From a virus, in the IMG/VR virus record IMGVR_UViG_3300026292_000006, positions 1 to 64,000 of that record: a stretch of DNA of 64,000 nucleotides; one strand, given 5' to 3'. This document shows, piece after piece, positions 1 to 10,261 of the stretch. The translations under genes were made by a program, and so were the position numbers. Under the pieces are notes generated by a model. It worked only from the letters and a program-made list of their open reading frames with translations, searched no databases and was not told the origin of the DNA. The first letter of the stretch is position 1. Each line of letters opens with the position of its first letter.

Positions 1-2345
1 GTACCATCTGTATGTGTGTTACCGTTGTCAGTATCTACATCAAATACGCTGACACCAGCATCAGTTTGTATATCAAATTTCTTATTGTCTGCTCTGATAG
101 TAAGGTTGTCAGTGATCTCAGTTGCTAATTGAATATCAACTGTACCTTGTATGACTGTATTACCATTATCATAATCTACAGTAAACTTATCTACACCTGC
201 GTTAGTCTGTATATTAAATGACTTATTATCTGCTCTAAAGATTACATTGTTATTAATTTCTGATTGACCTGCAATGGTAGTAGTGCCACCAATGTGGACA
301 TTCTCACTTACACCTACACCACCTGTTACGACCAGAGTCCCCGAAGTGGTCGAGGTAGACCCTGTATTAGTTGTGAGCCTGAGGTTACCAGCGATGATAG
401 CAGCATCAGTACCAGCATATACTTCAGACGTGTTGGTCGCATTGTAGATGAACCTATAACCACCAGTGCCCGACCACAGGTTAGCATCAGCATAATCTTC
501 GTCCCAACCGAAGAATCCGAATCTTTCTTGCGAATCATAATATCTAAATTCTATACCACGATCCTTATTATCGTCAACTGTTAGAGTATCTTCTCCACCT
601 AGTGTAATAATTGGGTCTTGGATAGTAGTTGTTACAGAGTTAACAGTAGTAGTTGTACCATCTACCTGTAAGTCACCACGAATTTGGACTAGACCTGTAA
701 CATCATCGTCATCATTAGGGTCTAATACCAACGTAGCATTAGTGGTTGACAGGGTATTATCCTGGAACCAATAGTCTTCTACATGGACTCTGTTGGAAAC
801 ATTAGTAGCAGAAATAGTGATATCATTATCAGCAGTAATGCTTAAAGTAGCATCACCAGCACCACTATTAGTAGATGCAATTCCTAGATTCCTTGCAAGT
901 CCAGCATTTTGAGTAAGATTGAAATTGAGATTACCATCACCAGTCTTATCAAGAGTCTGGTCAACAGTACCATCAAGTGTGATATCTGGGTCAGATATAT
1001 AAGTCCTTACATTAATATCAACTTCACCAGCACCACCATCACCAGTATTATTAGCACCGAAGAGAAGGTTGCCTGAAGTGTCGTTAATCTTCGCATAGTT
1101 TAAGTAATTAAAACCTCTATAACCAGTAACAGCAGTCAGCTCCTGGTCTAATTCAAAGTCTTCTTTGGTGTTACCATCTGCAAAGGAGACACGATTGTTT
1201 TGAAGTTGTAGATTATCTACACCTCTCTCTGCGATGGACACATGTCCACCTTCTATATTATTACCTGCGTCCCATAGAGATACATCAAAATCTTCCTGAC
1301 TGAATGAAGCAATACCTTTCTGTGGTGCAAGAGCACTACTTAGGTATCTCCACGAACCAGTGTCAGATGTGTCTGTATGGGAAGGTTCCCCGCCACCAGC
1401 TGAAATATCAGCAATTGCTTCATAGAGTTTATCCGCAGCGTTTTTAACTTTTGAGTACCTAGGATAAGTCGCTGCGTTATCATAAACAGCAACTGTGGTA
1501 CCTTGTTTAGCAGTAGCAATAGCAGAGGTCTGAGCATATGTCAGACGACCATATCTATCTACTGTAAAGTTTGTTGTGTTGACAGTCTCATCACCAGTAG
1601 TTGCAGAGATGAGAGGTGTATCTAGGTTACCTACGGGGTTATAGGTACCTACAACAACTGTAGTATCAGCAAGGTCGATGAATGGATTCTGTGATGCACC
1701 ATCACCATACTGTACAATAATTCTTTGACTACCACCCGTGATAGTTCTTGATACAATAGTACCTTCTGCTTGACGTGAAATCAAACCGAAGGAGGTCATT
1801 GAAGCTAGTGATGTTAGATCACTATCCAGTGGTTGTGCATCAGTAATACCATAAGCACCTAAGCTTGTAGGGTTTGTTGCATCAATAATACGACCACGAG
1901 AGTCAACTGTAACCTGACTGTATGTGCCTTGTGCATCTAGATCATTAGGATCGTAATGAGGTAGAGCAACAACATAATTCAACTCAGCAGTAATGGTTAA
2001 GTTAGCGGATCCATCGAACGTACCACTACCCGACATATCACCACCTAAGGCAATCTGTCGAGCATTTGCTAGTCTTGTTGCTGTAGCACTGTTACCAATA
2101 ACCGATGCAGTAATGGCACCTGCTTCAAAGTTACCGTCAGCGTCTCTCTTTACTAGGGTGTTTGCAGTGTTTGATTCAGTTTCGAGTGGTCTTTCATACT
2201 TGAGTGAGTTCCAAGCGGTTACACCATCTCCTATCTTCAAGCGAGAAGTATCGATTTCGATACCTAATTCTCCTTGAGCTAGAATCGGGTTGACGTTTGC
2301 CCACTGCTGAGCTCCATCACGTCTTAATTGTATTCTATTTGCCAT
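1..2345 (-). CDS. Tail fibre-like virion protein (partial; runs off left edge)
   Basis: Not in the ORF track because it is open at the edge. ATG at 2345 reads MANRIQLRRDGAQQWANVNPILAQGELGIEIDTSRLKIGDGVTAWNSL, an Mtd_N/hyaluronidase-type N-terminus typical of cyanophage fibres, followed by G/T/N-rich fibre-like sequence. Late promoter upstream. Confidence 0.85.
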   Translation of the reverse strand, partial: MANRIQLRRDGAQQWANVNPILAQGELGIEIDTSRLKIGDGVTAWNSLKYERPLETESNTANTLVKRDADGNFEAGAITASVIGNSATATRLANARQIALGGDMSGSGTFDGSANLTITAELNYVVALPHYDPNDLDAQGTYSQVTVDSRGRIIDATNPTSLGAYGITDAQPLDSDLTSLASMTSFGLISRQAEGTIVSRTITGGSQRIIVQYGDGASQNPFIDLADTTVVVGTYNPVGNLDTPLISATTGDETVNTTNFTVDRYGRLTYAQTSAIATAKQGTTVAVYDNAATYPRYSKVKNAADKLYEAIADISAGGGEPSHTDTSDTGSWRYLSSALAPQKGIASFSQEDFDVSLWDAGNNIEGGHVSIAERGVDNLQLQNNRVSFADGNTKEDFELDQELTAVTGYRGFNYLNYAKINDTSGNLLFGANNTGDGGAGEVDINVRTYISDPDITLDGTVDQTLDKTGDGNLNFNLTQNAGLARNLGIASTNSGAGDATLSITADNDITISATNVSNRVHVEDYWFQDNTLSTTNATLVLDPNDDDDVTGLVQIRGDLQVDGTTTTVNSVTTTIQDPIITLGGEDTLTVDDNKDRGIEFRYYDSQERFGFFGWDEDYADANLWSGTGGYRFIYNATNTSEVYAGTDAAIIAGNLRLTTNTGSTSTTSGTLVVTGGVGVSENVHIGGTTTIAGQSEINNNVIFRADNKSFNIQTNAGVDKFTVDYDNGNTVIQGTVDIQLATEITDNLTIRADNKKFDIQTDAGVSVFDVDTDNGNTHTDG

Positions 2346-2386
2346 TGCTTATAAGGATCCGAGCACTGCATACAGTATTACTGATT

Positions 2387-2393
2387 TATTTAT
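2387..2393 (-). promoter_or_regulatory. T4-type late promoter (ATAAATA)
   Basis: ATAAATA on the minus strand ~40 nt upstream of the fibre ATG. Confidence 0.6.
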
Positions 2394-2608
2394 GCGTTGT
2401 CGTCAGTGCTTGGTTCCTCAGTTTTCTCTTCGGGGGGCTTCAGATACTCCAGAGTTTCGATAGCACCAAGCAGTTTCAACGCTTGTGATTCATTATCTTT
2501 AATCTTTTTAGCGAGTTGCTGATTCTCACTAATCAAGTTTTGATATCTTTCACGGAATTGACCAAGCAGTTCTTCTTGATCCATAGTTTCTTTCACGTCA
2601 GCTGGCAT
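2390..2608 (-). CDS. Small coiled-coil hypothetical protein
   Basis: ORF track 2390..2623; ATG at 2608 (MPADVKET) chosen to minimise overlap; heptad-like sequence. Confidence 0.7.
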   Translation of the reverse strand: MPADVKETMDQEELLGQFRERYQNLISENQQLAKKIKDNESQALKLLGAIETLEYLKPPEEKTEEPSTDDNA

Positions 2609-2870
2609 TGTTTTTTTCTCCAATTGCTAATTTAAGTAGTTCCTTGATGTCACTTATATCTGATTTTAACTCAGAAACCTCACTTTGTAAAGTGTCGAAC
2701 TTCGCTTGCTGTTTTTCACGCTTCGCATATGAAGCCATATATTGGTCATATTGCGTTTGGTTACAATTAACAATAGCGTTCGAATCAGGGTCCCTATACC
2801 AACCTTCCTTGCCATCGACAGGGATTAGGTCTTCTTTAAAGGGTTGGATGTTGTCTTCAGGTTTTGACAT
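2598..2870 (-). CDS. Conserved cyanophage hypothetical protein (V.G..GWYRDPDSNAIVN motif, C-terminal coiled coil)
   Basis: ORF track 2598..2879; ATG at 2870; usual position downstream of the VrlC-like gene. Confidence 0.75.
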   Translation of the reverse strand: MSKPEDNIQPFKEDLIPVDGKEGWYRDPDSNAIVNCNQTQYDQYMASYAKREKQQAKFDTLQSEVSELKSDISDIKELLKLAIGEKNNAS

Positions 2871-2872
2871 AC

Positions 2873-2901
2873 TTGACAAAGGGAATAATAATAATTATAA
2901 T
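2873..2901 (+). promoter_or_regulatory. Perfect sigma70-type promoter, antisense to the VrlC-like gene
   Basis: TTGACA (2873-2878), 17-nt spacer, TATAAT (2896-2901). Confidence 0.65.
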
Positions 2902-2929
2902 CAACCATGTAGGGTTGCATGAGGGTTCT

Positions 2930-5900
2930 CTATGAAGCTAACGCTATAGCCCTCAGGTCAGCAATCAATGGTATTCTTGCTTGACTCCAAGACCTCATAA
3001 CAATTTTAATCTGGAAAGCATTAAAAGTTAACCCTCGCTTCTCATAAGAAATATCTTTCCATAGAGGCTCATCAGTAGCAGTATCATCATACTGTGCTGC
3101 ATTAGTCTTCACGGGGTCACCTATCAATGCCCAGTCAGTAGTTGATGGGTCAGCATTATCACCTGTCTTAAATGTGCGGAAATAAACTCGCACTTCAGTA
3201 GATGGGTGTCTAGTGATTTGATAATCAACTTTCAACGTCCTTGATTCAGAACCGAGGCGAGCGAGTCGAGTCACATAGACTGCATCATTTTGGTCACCCT
3301 GAGGTAGGGTGGATACATCCATAGTCCTGTCAATCTGAGATTGTTGTCCATAAGGAGCAGGACCACCAGGCCACCAGTTGATTCTATTGGTGGTTGTAAT
3401 TAATGATAATCTATCAAGGTCGATACATGGAGATACCGTATCCTTTTCAGTAGTCATATCTAATGACATTGTTAATGACTTGTTACCATCCAATTTATTC
3501 TGCTCATTAATCTTCGAGCAAATCAAATTAGGAATACTAAAGGTATTCAATTCATTAAGAACAACGTCTACATATTGACCATTGTTAATAAAGGAATTAC
3601 TATCACGTGGTTGTGATGCACCTTCTCCACCACCCGATCCAACGGATGTACCTGATGTAGTATTAACACGAGCAATAATCTCTGTCTCAGGTAATACCAT
3701 TGTAGAAATGGTAGGTGTTAGTGTTTCAAACTGTACGTTTTGTGATGCCCATACATCTGTACCACCACCTCTAATGCCATTAGTAGCAGCGAAGTCAGTT
3801 GATAGCATGTAACTATCAATCCAAGGACACTCAAGTTTAGTATGTACTTTATTAATTTCTGTTAGTGGGATGCCATCAAGGTTGTAACATTCAACTACAG
3901 TACCAGATGCATGCTCTACATCAGCAGTAGCATTTGCTCCTCTACCAGATGTGGCAACAGTAATTACCTGACCACTTGCAGAGATTGCTGAGTATTTAAT
4001 AATCTCCTCTCCAATCTTAAGGTATCCTGGATTCAAGTTACCAATAGATGTGCCACCAATGATAGCATGGAATTGAGAAGCATCTTGTAATTGAATAGAA
4101 GTTGCACCAGCAGACAGTGTTGATGTCAATGTAGTGCTTGGTACTTCTGATATTACACCAGTGATTTCAACGTTATTAGCACGTTGATGCATACCGTGGT
4201 TTCTCTGGAATATCACAATCTCCTTATCATCTTCTGGGAAAGAAGGTGCTTGAGTAGGATATGCAGTATATGAGTCACCACTATATCCGACGCTAGTAAT
4301 AGTTGCTGATGTGCCACCTGGCTCAGACAACGTATCAGATACGTCAAATGCTTTTGTAATATAATTAAGAGTCAGTGTCTGTGTACCTACATTATATGAA
4401 GTCACAGTACCTTGTGCAGCAGAAGTAGATCCTGTTACAACATCACCAGCTTCAAACGTCCCGTTGTAGATAGCAGACAATACAATCGTTGCTACAGACT
4501 GGGATGAAGCAAGACCTTGGAATGGGTCATTGTTAGCATCTAGGAAACCTGCTGCAAACTGGCCATCGATGTCAGTAACCGTTATTTTTTCTGGGTCTGA
4601 CACTGCATCAAACTCCTTAATGGTAGCAGATGCACCTGATGGACTCTGTGTTATTCTTGCACCTATAGTGAAGTTAAAATTCTGTCCCACAGGTAGAAGT
4701 AGAGTCTGTTTTGGTTTCAATGTTAGGACTGGATTCTCAATCAAGTTGTGAATTCCACCATTACCACGTCCTAATTCTGCGTTATTAAGTATCGCAGTAC
4801 CACTCATCTGAGTAAACTTAGCACGGTAAACCGTAAACTTCATATCCTCAAACTGGTCTGCTGTCCATGTAGATGCGTTTTGTGATTTGAATAACACACC
4901 TGCATATGGCTGCTCAGATATAGTCCTTGTTCCTGAGACATCGATGTCACCCATTCGGGATATCCATACGTTATACTCGTTGGAGTCAGACAATAATACA
5001 AAGCAATATTCTACAGAAGACTTGATGTATACTGGAGACCTAAATGTAAATCTTGATGGGATAGCAGCGTTGTCTGATAATTCTATTTGATCTGGATTGA
5101 TGGTTGTATCAGAGAAAGGTAGAATATCCTTAGTAGGATAACCATTCTCCATAGTCCTTATCTGCATAGAGATAGGAATGTTAGCATCCTTACTCTTGAA
5201 GAATACATCAATACCAGTTAGGAATACACCACCTTCCTCATCAACAATAAAGGATTGAGCAAGAGGGTCATACCAACCAATCTGTCTAACCTCTGACCTA
5301 GTAGTAATAACAGTCCTTTCATCAGAAACTGTATCTCTTACTAACTCAGCATTTCTAACAGCAAGGATATTTTCTCTAATAGTCCTCAGTGTACCTTGTG
5401 CTGTGTATGTGCCATCAGCAGATGATGTAACAGCACCTGGTGCCTTACTATTATCTTCTGCTGTTGTGAATCTAACTGTCCTAGTACCAGTTGCCCAACG
5501 TGGGTTGGAATCATTACCTGGGTTAGGAATAAAGAAACTACCTTGGACGTTACCAATATTATCAGTAAGAATACGACGGTCTTTAACCTTTCCACGAGCA
5601 CCAGATGTTTGACCAACCAATACTTCACCGACGTTTACATTACCATAGTAGTTTGGATTGACACTCTCAGCAGCAACTGTAGTATCAATATTAATATATC
5701 CAGTTTGTGATGCATAAGACTCTGCTAGAGTTGAAGTACCTGTCCCGTATGGGTCAGTTGCATACCCGTCATTTGCAGGAGCAATCTTAAGACGACATCC
5801 TGATACTTCTCCGATAACTGTCTCACCAACAACGAAAGGTGTCTCGTTAGTTTGTGGGTCAGCAGTAGAAGATTTGATTAATTCAACAACTTTAGGAGTA

Positions 5901-8900
5901 ATGTAATTAGATACATTAACACCATCGAAGAAGACATAGAATCTTGTGCGAGGCTTAAGTCTTTCAACGTTAAAGGAAACGTTACGAGACCTAATCCAAG
6001 GAATTACACTACGTGACAATTCAGTATCACCTAATGACTTACGGTCAATCTTAGGTACGACACGAGTCCTTACACCTTGACGTGCTTGGTTATTAACAAC
6101 CCTCCAAGTCCTTCTTTCATGTACGAAGAGTGGTTGTCTTCCTTGTCCGTGACCCAATCTACCGAGTCTACGACCACCTGCACTGAATGAACCTGACCTA
6201 TTTCTCCATCTACTTGTAGATTGTAGTGATTCACCTGTCCAGTTAGTCCTCCATGAACCCCACTGAATAGGAGCGAATCCATTTTGGTCAACCTGTAGGT
6301 CTCTACTTACAGCAGAGAAGTCACCTTCTACGTTTTCTACACGAGCTGGCAATCTCTTAATATCAACCCAGTCATCTGATGCTGGAGTTAAATCAATACG
6401 ACCAATGAAAGTAAACACGTTAAATGGGTTTACATTCTCTGTCCTAGATGCATATGGTTGTGTAATGATTGCCAAATCTTCATAAGGAAGAATGACCATA
6501 TTACCAGGAGTCTTAACTATATTACTTGAAGCAGATTCGTTAAGCTCAAGAGGGACATTGGTAGTATAATGTGATGGACGTAAGTGACCCATTCTGAAGT
6601 CCATAGAGCACTTGTAGTCAACACTGAGCACGTCACCAAGTGTGTGGTCAGTAAAGTCGTCTACAACATATCCATTCTTCAGACGGTCGAAACCGTTGTC
6701 ATCATATGTCTTAGTGTTTTCTGCTTGTACTTCAAGTAGAGATAGGGAAGTATAATACTCAACGTGAGATAGACGTGTCTCTAAGTCACCAATATCTTTC
6801 ATCGTATAACGACGAATAATCTCAGGTGTAATTAGAATATCTCTTTCTACATCATAGGTATAAGGTCTATACTCAATAGTTGCAAGAAGCATAGCATTTT
6901 GAATACCATCTGGAGGTGGTAGATCCTCTGAGGATACACCATTAACAATTTTCAGTTGGTTATCATGCGTTAAGAATAGTTTGTCTGCACGTGGGAGATA
7001 GTATGAATAGTCCATACGAATCTCAGTTGCTACCTTAGGAATATCAAAGATAGTGGATCCACCTACACCACCAGACGTATCGAATACTCTGGCCGCAAAG
7101 TCGAGCGAGGCACAATTTACATAGAAGGGAGCACTTATGGTACCAGTACCACTTGCTAACTCACCGACACCTGGACGGAAGTCCACCTGATCCCTGAGAT
7201 AGTTAATAGATCCATCAAGTTTATACTTAGGAATTTCCTTATATCCAATACCTGTGTATGACTGTGCTGAGAAGTAATCTCCAGATGATTCATGCACAAA
7301 GTAATCAAAAATGATCAGGAGCTTTCTAATAGGAGGAGTAAACGCTGGAAGTCTCTGTAAACGACACACATCATAGTAGTGTGCCTTCTGTCCTGCATCA
7401 AGCTCATACTGGGATGTGACTACTTTACTACCTTTGGCCACTGACCCTTCAGCGTCGTCGATAATTGCAGTCAATGGGTTACCATCATCATCAACTCCAT
7501 CTACACTTTCACCAGGAATGAAAGGTATCTCATTCAACTGGACAAAATGGAGTCTCAAAGTTGAGTTAATAAACTGTATAACCCTACCTCTAGCACCTGA
7601 TGTCTTACCTATTACAACTGACCCACTATCAAAGAAGGTCGCTTCGGTAAGCACACAGTAAGGTGCAAATGCTTCGCTATCGTCTTCAGATTCAAATACA
7701 GCATGAATCTTATAGACATCATTCAATGCGAATGAAATATCTTCGTCTTCAATACGTGTGCCATACAAGTTACCATAGGCAAGACCGTATTTTTGGACAT
7801 CATTATTCTCACGAGTTCTGATGACCTTCAATGCCCTCATCTTGGCAGCAGTCTTAATCTTCTTGGTAACAATATTCTTAGATACCAATGCAGTTAGTTT
7901 GACAGTAGATACGTTTGCTAAACCGTCAATAGTAACTGACTGTCTGTCAGCACCAAAGGTTACAGTCAAAGTGCCTAAGTCATTCAATGCATCTATGTTG
8001 AGGTTATCACCAACACTCCATGCACTTCCAGATTCTGCTACGATTGTAAGGATATAGTTTTCATCATCTAGTGTTGCAAACTGCTCAGACTCAGGTAGAG
8101 ATACAGTAACACCACCAGATACAACAGTCTTATTAGCGAATGTCCTATAGACAAAGAATGACTCGTCACTGATAGACTTCATAGAAGTACGTGGACAGTC
8201 AATAGACAATTCACCATTCTGGTAGTCCTTCTGGAATATAAAAGGACGCATCCTAATCACTGAGCTGTATTCGCTCGGAGCACCAGTTATACTACCCTTA
8301 GTCAGAGAATGATCAACTCTGGCCGTTTGGGTAAGGTAGTCGAAAATATTATACGATGATCCTGCATGTGAGTTACCAGGATATACCTTGATGTATTGTG
8401 GGTCTACTCTCTCAATACGAGTCGAGTTTTCACCCTCTCCAGAAGTGTTAGTATGGGTAATAACATCACCTGGACGTAGGTCTTCAGCATATTTACTACG
8501 GAAACCTACTAAGGTCTTAGTACCTGAAGTAACGTCTAAGGTGTGTGTTGACCCTTCTAATTCTTTAAGGTCGTTAAGTACCCAGTTAGCACCAAAGATA
8601 ATAGTGTTACCTGCGTTTCTACCACGACATGACCTAGTGTCAGTAAGGTTGAAAGTATGTGCAGCATCAAGTGTACCAACTACACGACCATCTCTTTCAA
8701 TAACTTCACCAGGAATAAATGTACCTGATACTTGCTCTAGTGAGCAATAGTTACCAGCACCAGCATCTGCAACAAATCCCTTTGCATTAGATGTCCTACC
8801 TTTGAGTAAATCACCAACTTGTACAGTAGTATTACCTGCTACAAAGTTAATAGCAGTCCACATCTGTGCATCAAAGATCCACATATCCCATGTGTCTGTG

Positions 8901-10258
8901 GTATCTTCTTGTAACTGGACAGTCCTACAACGACCAATCTGTCTACCTACAACAGAGTTAGTAGTGTTTAGTGTCCAATCATCATACAACTCAAGTGTTT
9001 GATATGCTTCTGATACACCCTCACCAGTTAGGTCGGGCCATCCATATACATCATATACCTTTACAAACTGTCCTAGACGGAATGCTAGGATAGCGTTATT
9101 TACTGATTCAAAATCTCTTGGTTTCTTAGCATCAACATATTGTGGTACTAAAAACTCAGTCCTATAACCCTTAACATATGCTCTACCTGGGCTAATTTCA
9201 AATGAAATTAAATCATCTGATGCAATGTTACCACCTGAGGTAGTTTGACCTGCACGGTAGACACCATTGTTGAAACCATCATCTAAATTTTCTCTTGCTG
9301 TGACGCTGAAGGTGTCGATAACGTAGTCGCCTGACTCTTCATATGTCCTTCTTGCGAGACTCTTCTCAAGCTCTGAATATGCTGTGTGAGTAACAAACTG
9401 CTCAACTTTTGAATTGTTGATACGGAGTAACTCAATGAAGTTCTTATCTGTTTCATCTGCGATTGGCTTTTTAGTGAGAGAAGTCTTAATTCTAAACCTG
9501 TGACCGCCTGGAGCAGAATAGTTAGATGTGCCAGCTGCGTTGTCATTAAGAGACGGATCATCCTCTGGCGTAACAATAGACTCGCTGACTTCCAATCCGA
9601 CCCTGTAGGAAGGATTGTTTGAATACTGTTCAAGGATAAGGTGAGACGACGGGACATCTACAAAGTGACCTCTGATAAAATATACACCCTGATTGATATA
9701 TGCAGTAGAAGCAACAGCAGTTGCATCAACAGGAAGTAATTGTGCAAATGGGGATCCAACCTCAATCAGTGTAGTTCCGAAAGTAATCTCATTTTCGGCC
9801 AATAACTGCTCATTGGGTTGAAATGTTTTGACGGTTGTGTCACTGGTAGTATCACCTGACTCAACATACTTAACATACAGAGTGACATAGCCACGTGAAG
9901 ACTCTGATGATGGAATTGAGTAAAGGACTTTTGCTTTAATACCAGTTGTAATACCTTCAATAAGTTGACCTGTGAGTTGATTTCTATAGGTCTCGATGTC
10001 TACACCAAGGAAAGATTGTTGTAATACAATCGCTTGCACCTGTAGGTCGTAACCAACCTGACCAGGAATAACCATAGCACCTTCTTTAAAGAAGTGCTGA
10101 CCAACAGACTCCAATTGATTCTGGAGAATCGACTGCATCGTGGTGAGTTCACGTGCTTGGATAGGGTATCCAGGTCGGAATAGCACCCTATAAAAGTTTT
10201 TATCCTTATCAAAGTCGTCAAAATAAGGACTAATGTTTAAATTAGTATTCTGTGGCAT
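2930..10258 (-). CDS. vrlC: VrlC-like (DUF4815-type) large virion structural protein
   Basis: 2442 aa; N-terminus MPQNTNLNISPYFDDFDKDKNFYRVLFRPGYPIQARELTTMQSILQNQ and DPLAQSF motif typical of this family; directly downstream of gp8. Confidence 0.85.
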   Translation of the reverse strand: MPQNTNLNISPYFDDFDKDKNFYRVLFRPGYPIQARELTTMQSILQNQLESVGQHFFKEGAMVIPGQVGYDLQVQAIVLQQSFLGVDIETYRNQLTGQLIEGITTGIKAKVLYSIPSSESSRGYVTLYVKYVESGDTTSDTTVKTFQPNEQLLAENEITFGTTLIEVGSPFAQLLPVDATAVASTAYINQGVYFIRGHFVDVPSSHLILEQYSNNPSYRVGLEVSESIVTPEDDPSLNDNAAGTSNYSAPGGHRFRIKTSLTKKPIADETDKNFIELLRINNSKVEQFVTHTAYSELEKSLARRTYEESGDYVIDTFSVTARENLDDGFNNGVYRAGQTTSGGNIASDDLISFEISPGRAYVKGYRTEFLVPQYVDAKKPRDFESVNNAILAFRLGQFVKVYDVYGWPDLTGEGVSEAYQTLELYDDWTLNTTNSVVGRQIGRCRTVQLQEDTTDTWDMWIFDAQMWTAINFVAGNTTVQVGDLLKGRTSNAKGFVADAGAGNYCSLEQVSGTFIPGEVIERDGRVVGTLDAAHTFNLTDTRSCRGRNAGNTIIFGANWVLNDLKELEGSTHTLDVTSGTKTLVGFRSKYAEDLRPGDVITHTNTSGEGENSTRIERVDPQYIKVYPGNSHAGSSYNIFDYLTQTARVDHSLTKGSITGAPSEYSSVIRMRPFIFQKDYQNGELSIDCPRTSMKSISDESFFVYRTFANKTVVSGGVTVSLPESEQFATLDDENYILTIVAESGSAWSVGDNLNIDALNDLGTLTVTFGADRQSVTIDGLANVSTVKLTALVSKNIVTKKIKTAAKMRALKVIRTRENNDVQKYGLAYGNLYGTRIEDEDISFALNDVYKIHAVFESEDDSEAFAPYCVLTEATFFDSGSVVIGKTSGARGRVIQFINSTLRLHFVQLNEIPFIPGESVDGVDDDGNPLTAIIDDAEGSVAKGSKVVTSQYELDAGQKAHYYDVCRLQRLPAFTPPIRKLLIIFDYFVHESSGDYFSAQSYTGIGYKEIPKYKLDGSINYLRDQVDFRPGVGELASGTGTISAPFYVNCASLDFAARVFDTSGGVGGSTIFDIPKVATEIRMDYSYYLPRADKLFLTHDNQLKIVNGVSSEDLPPPDGIQNAMLLATIEYRPYTYDVERDILITPEIIRRYTMKDIGDLETRLSHVEYYTSLSLLEVQAENTKTYDDNGFDRLKNGYVVDDFTDHTLGDVLSVDYKCSMDFRMGHLRPSHYTTNVPLELNESASSNIVKTPGNMVILPYEDLAIITQPYASRTENVNPFNVFTFIGRIDLTPASDDWVDIKRLPARVENVEGDFSAVSRDLQVDQNGFAPIQWGSWRTNWTGESLQSTSRWRNRSGSFSAGGRRLGRLGHGQGRQPLFVHERRTWRVVNNQARQGVRTRVVPKIDRKSLGDTELSRSVIPWIRSRNVSFNVERLKPRTRFYVFFDGVNVSNYITPKVVELIKSSTADPQTNETPFVVGETVIGEVSGCRLKIAPANDGYATDPYGTGTSTLAESYASQTGYINIDTTVAAESVNPNYYGNVNVGEVLVGQTSGARGKVKDRRILTDNIGNVQGSFFIPNPGNDSNPRWATGTRTVRFTTAEDNSKAPGAVTSSADGTYTAQGTLRTIRENILAVRNAELVRDTVSDERTVITTRSEVRQIGWYDPLAQSFIVDEEGGVFLTGIDVFFKSKDANIPISMQIRTMENGYPTKDILPFSDTTINPDQIELSDNAAIPSRFTFRSPVYIKSSVEYCFVLLSDSNEYNVWISRMGDIDVSGTRTISEQPYAGVLFKSQNASTWTADQFEDMKFTVYRAKFTQMSGTAILNNAELGRGNGGIHNLIENPVLTLKPKQTLLLPVGQNFNFTIGARITQSPSGASATIKEFDAVSDPEKITVTDIDGQFAAGFLDANNDPFQGLASSQSVATIVLSAIYNGTFEAGDVVTGSTSAAQGTVTSYNVGTQTLTLNYITKAFDVSDTLSEPGGTSATITSVGYSGDSYTAYPTQAPSFPEDDKEIVIFQRNHGMHQRANNVEITGVISEVPSTTLTSTLSAGATSIQLQDASQFHAIIGGTSIGNLNPGYLKIGEEIIKYSAISASGQVITVATSGRGANATADVEHASGTVVECYNLDGIPLTEINKVHTKLECPWIDSYMLSTDFAATNGIRGGGTDVWASQNVQFETLTPTISTMVLPETEIIARVNTTSGTSVGSGGGEGASQPRDSNSFINNGQYVDVVLNELNTFSIPNLICSKINEQNKLDGNKSLTMSLDMTTEKDTVSPCIDLDRLSLITTTNRINWWPGGPAPYGQQSQIDRTMDVSTLPQGDQNDAVYVTRLARLGSESRTLKVDYQITRHPSTEVRVYFRTFKTGDNADPSTTDWALIGDPVKTNAAQYDDTATDEPLWKDISYEKRGLTFNAFQIKIVMRSWSQARIPLIADLRAIALAS

Positions 10259-10261
10259 GTC

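Noticed and set aside
2200-2345. Mtd_N-like N-terminus suggesting a diversity-generating retroelement
   Set aside because: No reverse transcriptase or TR/VR pair is visible in the window; this N-terminal domain is common on fibres without DGRs.
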